Source: Squalus acanthias
Taxonomy: Eukaryota
Assembly (NCBI GenBank): GCA_030390025.1
Contig: JASTWF010000036.1
Location: 806,001 to 870,000, forward strand
Reading direction: 5' to 3'
Length of the DNA stretch: 64,000 nt
How positions within the stretch are numbered: position 1 is the stretch's first letter; each line of letters starts with the position of its first letter. The position numbers and the translations under genes were made by a program. This document shows, piece by piece, positions 36,310 to 47,123 of the stretch. Under the pieces are notes generated by a model, which saw nothing but the letters and a program-made list of their open reading frames with translations, searched no databases and was not told the DNA's origin.

Positions 36310-37713
36310 GGCTGGTGCCCTCCGCTTCGGGGTGGGGGGTTGCGGGTAGCGGGGGAAGAAAGTCAACTGATTAACGTTTCTGCTAAATCCCCAATGCCTG
36401 CTTCAGTTTGCCAAACCCTCTACGCATGGTTGTGTGCAGAAAGATGCACAAATAAAATGACCAAGCGCTGTATCCAGGATAGGACGTGCGTATCTCAGGG
36501 AACTAAATGGGAGCAGGGGGTAAGCATCTTACTGCAAAAGAGATCATTCAAAATTTAAAATTTACCCATGTCATTTCTGCAGCGTTTGCAGTCGTAGCCT
36601 CATTGAACTCGTCCTCTCCAGTGAAGAGCAAAGGAATGGAACTGAATGATCCATAGATGTGGCGCAGCTGTTGAAGAGGGACTGAAAAAACCAAGACATT
36701 AGATGGGGCGGAATGAGCCATGAATGGAGTTTAGATGTGCACAGGCTGGAATGGATTAAAAGATTGACTCATCGGCTGGAGAGTTCAAAAATGTGTTTTC
36801 AAGGTTACCGTTAAAAATGACTGAGGCACTGCAATGTCGAGATATTGAGAGACAAAAGCGCTTTTATTCTGATTAAATGACTTGGGAAATAACTATGAAT
36901 AGGAAAGGCTTTGGTATTTTGAATTTTAGAGTAATACAGATTAATTATGGTAATAAACAGGCTCTATTTTCTATGCTAATTTGAACTGGGAGGTGAAATA
37001 CTGTATTCGTTAGATAATAAAGAGTGACGTAACTAGTCCGCTGGAGAAACCTTGTAAAATAGAACTCAAGAGAGTTGATAATTTGCCATCAATTAACTTT
37101 AATTTCCTTCTATTGAATAGTGTGAAAGCCAAGATGTAATATCTGTAAACTGGAAAAATTGTAAATGGTCATGTCCTGAAAGACAAGTTAGAATGTTCCC
37201 GCTCTCTCATCGAGCCCATGTTTTACGTGGCAACCTCAACAGAAAAGCTGTGTAAAGCACTCTTAACATTTCCCTCACTGCGACGTTATCTCTGATACAG
37301 CACACATTTTGTGAAAGAATCGAGCACGATCGAGAAATAATAATGACCCGCAGTCAGCTGCTTTTCTATTGGTCTAAGCGGGGTGTTTTCAGGGCCGGTT
37401 ACTGGGGTCCAGGTCTTGCTCAGCCTATGGCAGCCCCAATGTGAACTCGCCGGCTCCGCGAAAAGTGGGTCTTCCCCGGTGGCTGGATTTAGTGAATCCA
37501 ACAGGTAGGACCGCCACTGCCTAAAGGAGACCCCTGCCCCGGCAACTGGCAAAGCCCCCTCCCCAACGCCAATATAGAAGGGCTTACATAGAGCCCTATC
37601 ATTTTAAAACATCTGAAAGCACTTCACCCAATGAATTTTGTTTTGAGTGCAGTGACTGTTATGTAACCAAATATATTTAGGGTCAGTACAAGTATTTTAA
37701 GAGATTGTGTAGA

Positions 37714-38275
37714 ATGGGCCTATACTCTCTGGAGGTTAGAAGAATGAGAGGTGATCTCGTTGAAACATATAAGATTCTGAGGGGGTTTGACAGGGTAGAT
37801 GCTGAGAGGCTGTTTCCCCCTAGCTGGAGAGTCTAGAACCAGGGGTCACACAGACTCAGGATAAGGGATCGGCCATTTAGGACTGAGATGAGGAAGAATT
37901 TCTTCACTCAGAGGGTGGTGAATCTTTGGAATTCTCTGCCCCAGAGGGCTGTGAATGCTGAATCGTTGAGTGTATTCAAGGCTGAGATAGATACATTTTT
38001 GGATTCTGGGTGAATCAAGGGATATGGAGATTGGGCGGGAAAGTGGAGTTGAGGTCGATGATCAGCCATGATCTTATTGAATGGCGGAGCAGGCTCGAGG
38101 GACCGAATGGCCGACTCCTGCTCCTAATTCTTATGTTCTTATGTTCTTAAGACCTAATTGTTGCCTACATTACAACAGTGACTACACTTCTAAAGTACTT
38201 CATTGGCTGTAAAGCACTTTGGGACGTCCTGCGGTTGTGAAAGGCGCCGGAGAAATGCAAGTTCTTTCTTTCTAG
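37714..38275 (+). mobile_element. CR1 LINE 3' fragment (37714-38148) followed by a Deu-SINE tail (~38163-38275)
   Basis: agaatgagaggtgatctcgttgaaacatataag...ttcttatgttcttatgttctt; cctacattacaacagtgactacacttc...gtgaaaggcgcc. Confidence 0.85.
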
Positions 38276-39139
38276 AATTGTGTTGGGAAGTGGCATTAAG
38301 TCGCTCTCTCTCCTTGCTAACAACAACACAGCACCTCTAGTGGTGCAGGGAGGAACTACTTCCCTAGGTGGGTATCCAGTGCCACCAGCGGCACTGGCAG
38401 CGCCTTGTTTATATTGCAGTCCTGTCGTACAAATGCAGTATTAATAGGAACAATAAGACAGAGGCAATAGATTATTTGCCAAGAAGATGCTGCCAGGCTT
38501 CCACTTCACATTCTTTGAAGTCTTGATATTGTCCAATGATGAAGATGTTTTCACATTCAACATTTACTTGTTTTGCTGAATCCCCCTCAGTTGAAAAGAG
38601 GCAGCGTTTAATTATTAAAGGATTTTTCAGGAAACAGCAACTGGTGCGGTGCACCTCTGCTTCATTCATATTCATGAATTTGCCTTAATTCCTGCCTCAC
38701 ATGCAAATGTCAAGCAATGCGGCAGCCTGAATTCAATTCCTGCTTCAATGTTACCTTAACCCTGACTGACTTCCTACGAAAATCAATCTCGCCCCCTCCC
38801 CCAGTATTATTACAGGGCTCGCTGCGAGCTCGCCTGTGATTTATTGCAAAAATCAGCCAGAAAAGGTAAGAAACGAGTAACTTCAAATCTCACCGCTTCT
38901 CAAAAACATTAGCTTTCATCAGGTTCCAGGAGTTAGAAGGGAATCTGCTCAGTTCCAGCAGACAAATTCCTTTGTATCACAAAAAAATTCTATCTCCAGA
39001 AACCCTGAATAAACAACAGGGAAGGGGAGCAGACTGCAGTGATTGTGCAAATGATTTCAAGGCTGCATTCTCATCTCACTATTTAGGACATTAATTCAAC
39101 CCAATAATTAATTAATTGAGTTCCTTGTGATTATTCCCA

Positions 39140-39982
39140 GTGACATTCACAACTGCTCAGATAATGAAGCAGTCCATGCCCGCATGCAACAAGACCTGGA
39201 CGACGTTCAGGCTTGGGCTGATAAGTGGCGAGTAACATTCGTGCCACACAAGTGCCAGGCAATGACTATCTCCAACAAGCAAGAGTCTAACCACCGCCCC
39301 TTGACATTCAACGGCATTACCATCGCCGAATCCCCCACCATCAACAACCTGGGGTTCACCATTGACCAGAAACTTAACTGGACCAGCCACATAAATACTG
39401 TGGCAACGAGAGCAGGTCAGAGGCTGGGTATTCTGCGGCGAGTGTCTCACCTGACTCCCCAAAGCCTTTCCACCATCTACAAGGCATAAGTAAGGAGTGT
39501 GATGGAATACTCTCCACTTGTGTGGATGAGTGCAGCTCCAACAACACTTAAGAAGCTCAACACCATCCAGGACCTTAAACATTCATTCCCTCCACCACTG
39601 GCGTACCGTGGCTGCAGTGTGTACTATCTACAAGATGCACTGCAGCAACTCGCCAAGGCTTCTTCGGCAGCACCTCCCAAACCCGCGACCTCTTCCACCT
39701 AGAAGGACAAGGGCAGCAGGCGCATGGGAACACCACCACCTCCAAGTTCCCTTCCAAGTCACACACCATCCTGACTTAGAAGTATATTGCTGATCCTTCA
39801 TCGTCGCTGGGTCAAAATCCTGGAACTCCCTCCCTAACAGCTCTGTGGGAGCACCTTCACCACACAGACTGCAGCGGTTCAAGGAGGTGGCTCACCACCA
39901 CCTTCTCAAGGGCAACTAGGGATGGGCAATAAATGCTGGCCTTGCCAGCGACGCCCACATCCCATAAACGAATAAAAAAAAA
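39140..39982 (+). mobile_element. CR1-group LINE 3' fragment
   Basis: MQQDLDDVQAWADKW...IDQKLNWTSHI...; family terminus and A tail. Confidence 0.88.
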
Positions 39983-40679
39983 GTTATTCTTTAGCCTCTC
40001 TCATTTAAAAATAACAAGCTAGGCAGGAATCATTCAGGGTTGAGATGCAATGGTGTAGTGTCGAAGACGGTGTATGTAATTACACATGTGTCCAGCAGGG
40101 GTACCCGGCCCTGGATGTAATGTCATTTGCTGAGCTTCTGAAGCAAAAAATGGTCAACAAGTTAGAACATGGCTGGTACACAGACAGAGGATCGTAAAGG
40201 CGTTATTTTGCTTCAACATTATTCAAACCACACATAAAACAAGCTGTTAAAACACTTTTTAATAGATCTTGTCTTCTTTACTAATCTTTTCCAATTTGGC
40301 TGCTGTGTTTGCTGCATAAAAACCTGACGACACCTCAAAAGTAACTCATTGGCTATCTGCCTTGGGATGTCCTGAGGACATGAAGGATGTTATGTAAGTG
40401 CTCGTTCATTCTTTCTTTAAAGTGCCAGATGAACTGAATTGGAAAGACAAATGGAGTCAAGAAAAGGAATTTAAGGATAAAGTAAAGTATTTACATTAAT
40501 GTGTTAAGGAACCAAAAGAATAAAATCGGGGTAGTCATGAAGGAACATCTTCAGGTCCAGTGACCCCTGTGTTGTCAGTCTTAAAATGAGAATGAGGTTT
40601 GAAGATAAAAGGATGACTATACAGATGCTCCATTTGAGGCAAGCTGAAGGTTTGATGGAACAATAAAGGAATGGATGTG

Positions 40680-41142
40680 ACAACAACAACAACAACTTGT
40701 ATTTATATAGCGCCTTTAACGTAGTAAAACGTCCCAAGGTGCTTCACAGGAGTATTAAAAGACAAAACATTTGACACCGATCCACATAAGATGAAATTAA
40801 GGCAGGTGACCAAAAGCTTGGTCAAAGAGGTAGGTTTTAAGGAGCGTCTTAAAGGAGGAAAGAGAGGTAGAGAGGCGGAGAGGTTTAGGCAGGGAATTCC
40901 AGAGCTTAGGACCGAGGCAACAGAAGGCACGGCCACCAAAGGTTGAGCGATTAAAATCAGGGATGCTCAAGAGGCCAGAATTAGAGGAGCGCAGATATCT
41001 CGGGGGGGGAGGGTTGTGGGGCTGGAGGAGATTACAGAGATGGGGAGGGGGCGAGGCCATGGAGGGATTTGAAAACAAGGATGAGAATTGTAAAATTGAG
41101 GCGTTGCTTAACCGGGAGCCAATGTAGGTCAGCGAGCACAGG
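40680..41142 (-). mobile_element. L2 LINE 3' fragment
   Basis: (caa)n tail; ORF 40797-41417 ends GGRAFCCLGPKLWNSLPKPLRL...FKTLLKTYLFDQAF. Confidence 0.88.
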
Positions 41143-42242
41143 AAGAGAAGTTTCAACGAAGCCGTTTTTAAAATACAGAAGGAATTTATCTCTGAAATGA
41201 GTGCAGGGCTGAAGAGAAAGATTAAACCAATATTGAAAAGTAGGAAAGCTAAGAAAGACATTGAGGACAAAGAGAAAGTGTTCAGGATGTTAAGATAAAG
41301 AGACAGGCAAAATCTTGATAAAAGTTGCAAAAGAGGACACATGAAGAAAATATACTGGGGAACATAAAGGCAAACATGGAAGCAGCATATCAAGGGTAAA
41401 GGAAGGAAGTGGGCCACTAAAAGATGGGGGAGTTGCTGCAGGTCACTTTCTCACTTCTGACCACTGTTAATCAGACTGTGCTAATTCCAGATACAAAATA
41501 TGTGATGGATCAACGCACTGTATTCAGTGTCAGATACAAAATAGGGAATGGAATAACACATTACAGAAATTCTCAGCTACAAAAATGAAGCAGAACAATA
41601 CATTACGCGAGGGTGTCAGATACAAAACATGGAATGGATCAATGCACTGACACAGCATCAAGTGTCAGATGCAAAATATGGAGTGGATCAATACACCTCA
41701 GATGTAGACTTGAATATATTTACAATTTGGCTATGATAAATTGACCCTTAGTGTTAGGGGGGGATTAAATATGTGGGGTTATGGGGATAGGATGGGATAT
41801 GTTAGGGGGAATTAAATACGTGGGGTTACGGGGGTAGGGTGGGATATGTGTACTGTGGGGATTAAAGCAGGGACAGGGTACTGGATTTGGATGATCAGCC
41901 ATGATCGTATTGAATGGTGGAGCAGGCTCGACGGGCCGAATGGCCTACTCCTGCTCCTAGATTCTATGTTTCTATGTTTCTACAATCACAAAAGAGCAAA
42001 TGAGCAATAGACAGGCGGAGAAGACTTCTGCTCCCACCCCAGGGTTGAAATGAATGACCAGCTAACTGTTTTTTGGTGGTGCTGATTGAGGGATAAATGT
42101 TGGCTCGGTGCCACCTTTTGGAATTTCAGACTATGCTGTCATTGGGGAGGGGTTGGGGTTCGGGGGCCTTGTTAAAAACGCTAATATTGAGCGAAACGTA
42201 GCTGTCAAGGGGTTAAATTCACAGGCCAGCAGGGCTGTCAAG

Positions 42243-42405
42243 CAATGTTCCTGTTAAGCTGGGCGGCCGCACAGCGGTCTGGAGGTCCCGCGCAGGCCGC
42301 CTGCCGGCTTTTCAATGGAAAAACCGCGCATGCGCGGAGATTTGAATGGGCTGTGTCGCCCGTTAAAGGGGCCACGCACCCAAAAAAAAGTTACAGGGAA
42401 CATTG
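42243..42405. mobile_element. hAT-type MITE with 8-bp TSD ctgtcaag
   Basis: TIR caatgttcc / ggaacattg; TSD at 42235-42242 and 42406-42413; central ccgcgcatgcgcgg palindrome. Confidence 0.88.
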
Positions 42406-42433
42406 CTGTCAAGTATATATTAGTTTTCAAATG

Positions 42434-42780
42434 GGCTTCTAGACAGAGTAGAGAGCGAGAAACTGTTCCCATTGGCGGAAGGGTCGAGAACCAGAGGACA
42501 CAGACTTAAGGTGATTGGCAGAAGATCCAAAGGCGACATGAGGGGAAACTTTTTTTACGCTGCGAGTGGTTATGATCTGGAATGCACTGCCTGAGAGGGT
42601 GGTGGAGGTTGATTCAATCGTGGCTTTCAAAAGGGAGTTGGATAAATACCTGAAGGAAAAAAATTTGCAGGGCTACGGGGAAAGGGCGGGGGAGTGGGAC
42701 TAGCTGGAGTGCTCTTGCAGAGAGCCGGTACGGGCTCGACAGGCCGAATGGCCTCCTTCTGTGCTGTAACCATTCTATGA
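42434..42780 (+). mobile_element. CR1 LINE 3' end
   Basis: gagaaactgttcccattggcggaagggtcgag...ggccgaatggcctccttctgtgctgtaaccattctatg. Confidence 0.85.
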
Positions 42781-43009
42781 AACACTGTCCTGGTGACAAA
42801 GAAGGACAATTTAACATCCCAGTGACTGTTTACACTCATTGCTGCTGCAACAATGCTATTCATTTGAACTCAGCGAGACTCAATGTCAAGTTAGGCTGGT
42901 GAATTCCGTCCTGGGAGGAGGCAGTTAGTTTTGATTAATAGCTGACACTGGAAAGGGAAAGACAAAAGAGCTGTGAAAGTGGTAGTCAGTCAGGCAGTAG
43001 AGTGCTAGA

Positions 43010-43853
43010 GCCCTGGAGAGGTAGCACCAACGCTGCCTCCGCAAGATCCTGCAAATCCATTGGCAGGATAGGCGCACCAACGTCAGTGTTCTCGCTCAGG
43101 CCAACATCCCCAGCATCGAAGCTTTGACCACGCTCGATCAGCTCCGATGGACGGGCCACATCGTCCGCATGCCCGATACGAGACTCCCAAAACAAGCGCT
43201 CTACTCGGAGCTCCGACACGGCAAGAGAGCCTCAGGTGGGCAGAGGAAACACTTCAAGGACACCCTCAAAGCCTCCTTGGAAAAAGTGTAATATCCCCAC
43301 CGACACCTGGGAATCCCTGGCACAAGACCGCACAAAGTGGAGGAGAAGCATCCGGGAAGGCGCCGAACACCTCGCGTCTCTTCGCCGGGAGCAAGCGGAA
43401 GCCAAGCGCAAGCAGCGCACGTCAACCCAAACACCCCACCCACCCGCCCCTTCAACCACCGTCTGCCCCACCCTGTGACAGAGACTGTAGGTCCCGCATT
43501 GGACTCATCAGTCACCTGAGAACTCATTTTTAGTGTGGAAGCAAGTCATCCTCGGCTCCGAGGGACTGCCTAAGAAGTAAGAAGAAGAAGTTGGGTTCCT
43601 GCAGCAGAAAACATCCTTACATAACAGTGTACAAGTGCCCATCCCTAATTGCCTTTGAGAAGGTGATGGTGGGCCTTCTTGAACTGCTGCAGTCCATGTG
43701 GCAAAGTAGGTGCATGGCAACAACATTACCACCGTCTGCCCCACCCTGTGACAGAGACTGTAGGTCCCGCATTGGACTCATCAGTCACCTGAGAACTCAT
43801 TTTTAATGTGGAAGCAAGTCATCCTCGGTTCCGAGGGACTGCCTAAGAAGAAG
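43010..43853 (+). mobile_element. Composite RTE LINE insertion (RTE 3' part, 140-bp captured segment, second RTE 3' end), 11-bp TSD agagtgctaga
   Basis: TSD at 42999-43009 and 43854-43864. RTE protein motifs are present, and the RTE terminus occurs twice (ending ~43590 and ~43853). Confidence 0.88.
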
Positions 43854-44859
43854 AGAGTGCTAGAAAAGACAAGAGACTGCAGGGAGAAGATTTTCCACCC
43901 TGGGCTTTAAGACAGAATGCAAAGGAGTTACTCTGTATTAGTTAAGTAACACTGAGGTGGGACGGCATTGCATCTTTATTATTTTTATATCATCGTATGA
44001 AGCGAAGTATTTTTTTTTCCACAGATGCTGCCTGACCTGCTGAGTATTTCCAGCATTTGCTGTTTCTGTTTTCTGTCAGCATCTCATGTATTTAAGTGCA
44101 GCCCATCCTTTCTATTCAGTTTCCAATTCTCCATGAGGGTGAACTTTCTGCTCTCTTTTGCAAAGTTCCACGGGATTTGTGATAGATGAAGTGCCGCACC
44201 TCAACACAGCACTGCTCAAGTCCTGGAGTGGGGTTCGAACCCATACCCTTCTGACGCAAGAGGTAAGAACACGACTGACTGAGCCAAGCTGACAGCGCAC
44301 CACCACTGATTTAGCTGTGACCATTTTAAAGTGATCTCAGTCTCGTCTCTATCAGAGTAATTTATTTCAAAACCTGGCTGACTGAAGTCAAGCGTTGAAA
44401 GTTCCAATGAAATATAGAACAAGTTGAAACTTGGAGAAAAAAAAGTATTCCACTTTTGACGAAACTTATTTGTGTATCCAATAGGAAAGTGGAGCCAGGT
44501 AAACCCACAGGAATACAATCAAGTATCTCCCCTTAAAAGGGGCAACACAAACTAATACTTTATAAGAGGTGGCGTCTAGCCTACCCAAACTGATTTTTGT
44601 TAAACAGAAGTTAAATTAAAATGGTAAAATCCAGGCAAATTATAACAAACATTCCATGTGGTGCCCACCGGTTGCAAAAGGTATCCAGCAGAACATTAAT
44701 AGGTCATATTTTGTGTAGGCCTGTAAAATTATGGGGGAAACCAGGCCCCACAGGAGCATATGCCTTCTCTTAAAGAGGCAACATCATTGATAATTTGCAG
44801 GGGGAGGGGGTGGGGGTTGGTGGATTCTGGCCTACCCAAATTGAATTTTTAATTAAAAA

Positions 44860-45585
44860 TAGGGAATTCAGAAGAAGCATCTTTACCCAGAGAGTGGTGA
44901 GAATGGGGAACTCGCTACCACAGGGAGTGGTTGAGGCGAATAGCAGAGATACATTTAAGGGGAGGCTAGATAAGCATATGAGGGAGAAGGGAATAGAGGG
45001 TTCTGCTGATAGAGTTAGATGAGGAAAGACGGGAGGAGGCTCGAGTGGAGCATAAACACCGGCATGGACTGGTTGGGCCGAATGGCCTGTTTCTGTGCTG
45101 TACATTCCATGTAATTAAAATGTTAAAATCACGGGGGATTATATTGGAAACTCCATACACAGTTGCTACCAGTCGCAGAAGGCATTCGACGACCCAGACA
45201 CGTTCCTGTTCAAGAGCCACTTGGGGACTTTTCATTCTCCACCCAATGCACGACAATAAAAACTGTTCCCATTGGTGGAAGGGTCAAGAACCAGAGGACA
45301 CAGATTTAAGGTGATTGGCAAAAGAACCAAAGGCGACCTGAGGAAAAACTTTTTTACGCAGCGAGTGGTTAGGATCTGGAATGCACTGCCTGAAAGGGTG
45401 GTGGAGGCAGACTCAATCGTGGCTTTCAAAAGGGAATTGGATAAGTACCTGAAGGAAAAAAATTGGCAGGGCTACGGGGAAAGGGCGGGGGAGTGGGACT
45501 AGCTGAAGTGATCTTGCAGAGAGCCGGCACGGGCTCGACAGGCTGAATGGCCTCCTACTGTGCTGTAACAATTCTATGATTCTAT
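44860..45585 (+). mobile_element. Two CR1 3'-end fragments (44860-45115 and 45260-45585)
   Basis: FTQRVVRMGNSLPQ; NFFTQRVVRIWNALPERVVEA; attctatgattctat tail. Confidence 0.82.
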
Positions 45586-46214
45586 TTATGTATGGCTGAG
45601 TCAGTGTCTTTGTCAATTGGGTCATCAGGGGTTTTGACCGTCTGCATACAATGGGCAGAATTGCGGGCGCTGGCATTGTCTGAGAGAGCGTGTCCTAGAC
45701 AGGGAAGGCAGACTGTGAAGCTTTGTCCCTAGCATTCCATGCAGGATTTTTTAGATTGCTACAGAATGCTAGCATACAGTTGCAGCAATTTTTGTGCTCC
45801 TATAAACATAAAGATCCGTCTTCAGCACCAATAGTTCTTGTCGGGCTGCTCATTATCTTCGAGGAGCCTGACAGCTTAGCCAGACCTCTCTGATGGTGGA
45901 CTCCAGCATGACATCAGTTGTCCTCATCATGTCCATTGTTCTACACGGCTCTGAACTGTGTTGAATCCAGGAACAAGAAATAGGTTTTCCCTGCAGCTTG
46001 CCAAACAGGCCCACAATCTTCCATCACTGGGCAGGAGAGTGCATGAAAAGGTAATCAAGTGAGTAAATGCCTCAAAATAGCCTGCAGCTGATGTGTTGCC
46101 GGATTGTTAAAGGATATTGAAATGGTTACAGGAATGTGTACACCTTGTGATGAAGAAAATGTTTCTGTTAGCCAGTTATTCTTTTTAATAATGCATCAGT
46201 TTTAGGGTTTTTAA

Positions 46215-46809
46215 AAATTAATATTGAACAATTTATTTACAGTTAATGACATTACAGAGCCCAGGTCTCAGCTCTTTCTACAAAGTCACAAGCCATCATT
46301 CCCTACAAGGCAGGGGTCTCACACACAATTATATAAACACGAGTACTAACCACAATAAGCTTGATCCCAGTAGTCACTTTAACCGCTCTCTCTCCCAGAG
46401 TGAGTTTGTCAAACAGGTACTCTCCCAGGCCATTCTCAGGGGTTCCCAGTCTCTTCAAGTTGGTGATGTGATCTCCAAGCTTCTTGATCATCTTCACTTG
46501 TTCATCCAAATAGTGGGTCTCCAGGAAGTCACACAAATGAGGGTCGGCGCTCCCAGTGGAGAGTTTGTGCAGATCCAGCAGACTCTGGTTGACATTCTTC
46601 TCCATCTGCAGAGCTCTCTGCATCACCGCCAGACCATTGCTCCACTCATCCTGCTCTGGTTTCTTGATGGCCGCCAAGATGATTCGGCCTCCACGCCGAT
46701 TCTGGAATTTCATCAGTTTCTCAGCGTGCTCCCGTTCCTCATGTGACTGCTCCTTGAAGAACTCCGCAAAGTGACGCAGGGCAACGTCATCCCGGTCAAA
46801 GTAGAAGGA
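46215..46809 (-). pseudogene. fth1: Processed (intronless) ferritin heavy/middle chain retrocopy: exons 2-4 plus 3' UTR only
   Basis: [43 protein letters not shown]...[14 protein letters not shown]...[28 protein letters not shown]...[12 protein letters not shown]. No introns at the conserved positions, no exon 1 or ATG; AATAAA at 46237-46232. Confidence 0.93.
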
Positions 46810-47123
46810 CTGTATATTTTTCAAATGGCTCTCCCTCCTTCCAAACAGATGTTGTTGCTTTCTCTTTTTCTCCCCTCTCTCCCTCTCCTGCAATGGAGGC
46901 CAGTTGGGGATGCAGTGATGGAATTGGCTCCCCTCTGGTCTTTCTCCTGGTCTTTCTCTCTCCTCTCCTCTTCTCTCTCTCTTGGCCCCTCAGTAGCCTC
47001 AGTAGCAGCAACAGTAGTGGTGGTCTCCACTCTGTCCTCTGGCTCCTCCTCTTCCTCCTGGTCACAGAGAGAGACCAATCCTCTCCTCCCCTCTCCTTGC
47101 TGAGACAGCGCGAGGCAGTTGTT
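46810..47123 (-). other. Purine-rich exon-like segment between the Tx1 3' end and ferritin exon 2
   Basis: The minus strand is GA-rich and ends ...gaaaaatataCAG immediately before ferritin TCC TTC TAC. It is absent after the other Tx1 copy. Confidence 0.55.

Noticed and set aside
46303..46893. Intact functional ferritin gene
   Set aside because: Lacks exon 1 and an ATG, has no introns, and its stop is frameshifted; called a processed pseudogene instead.
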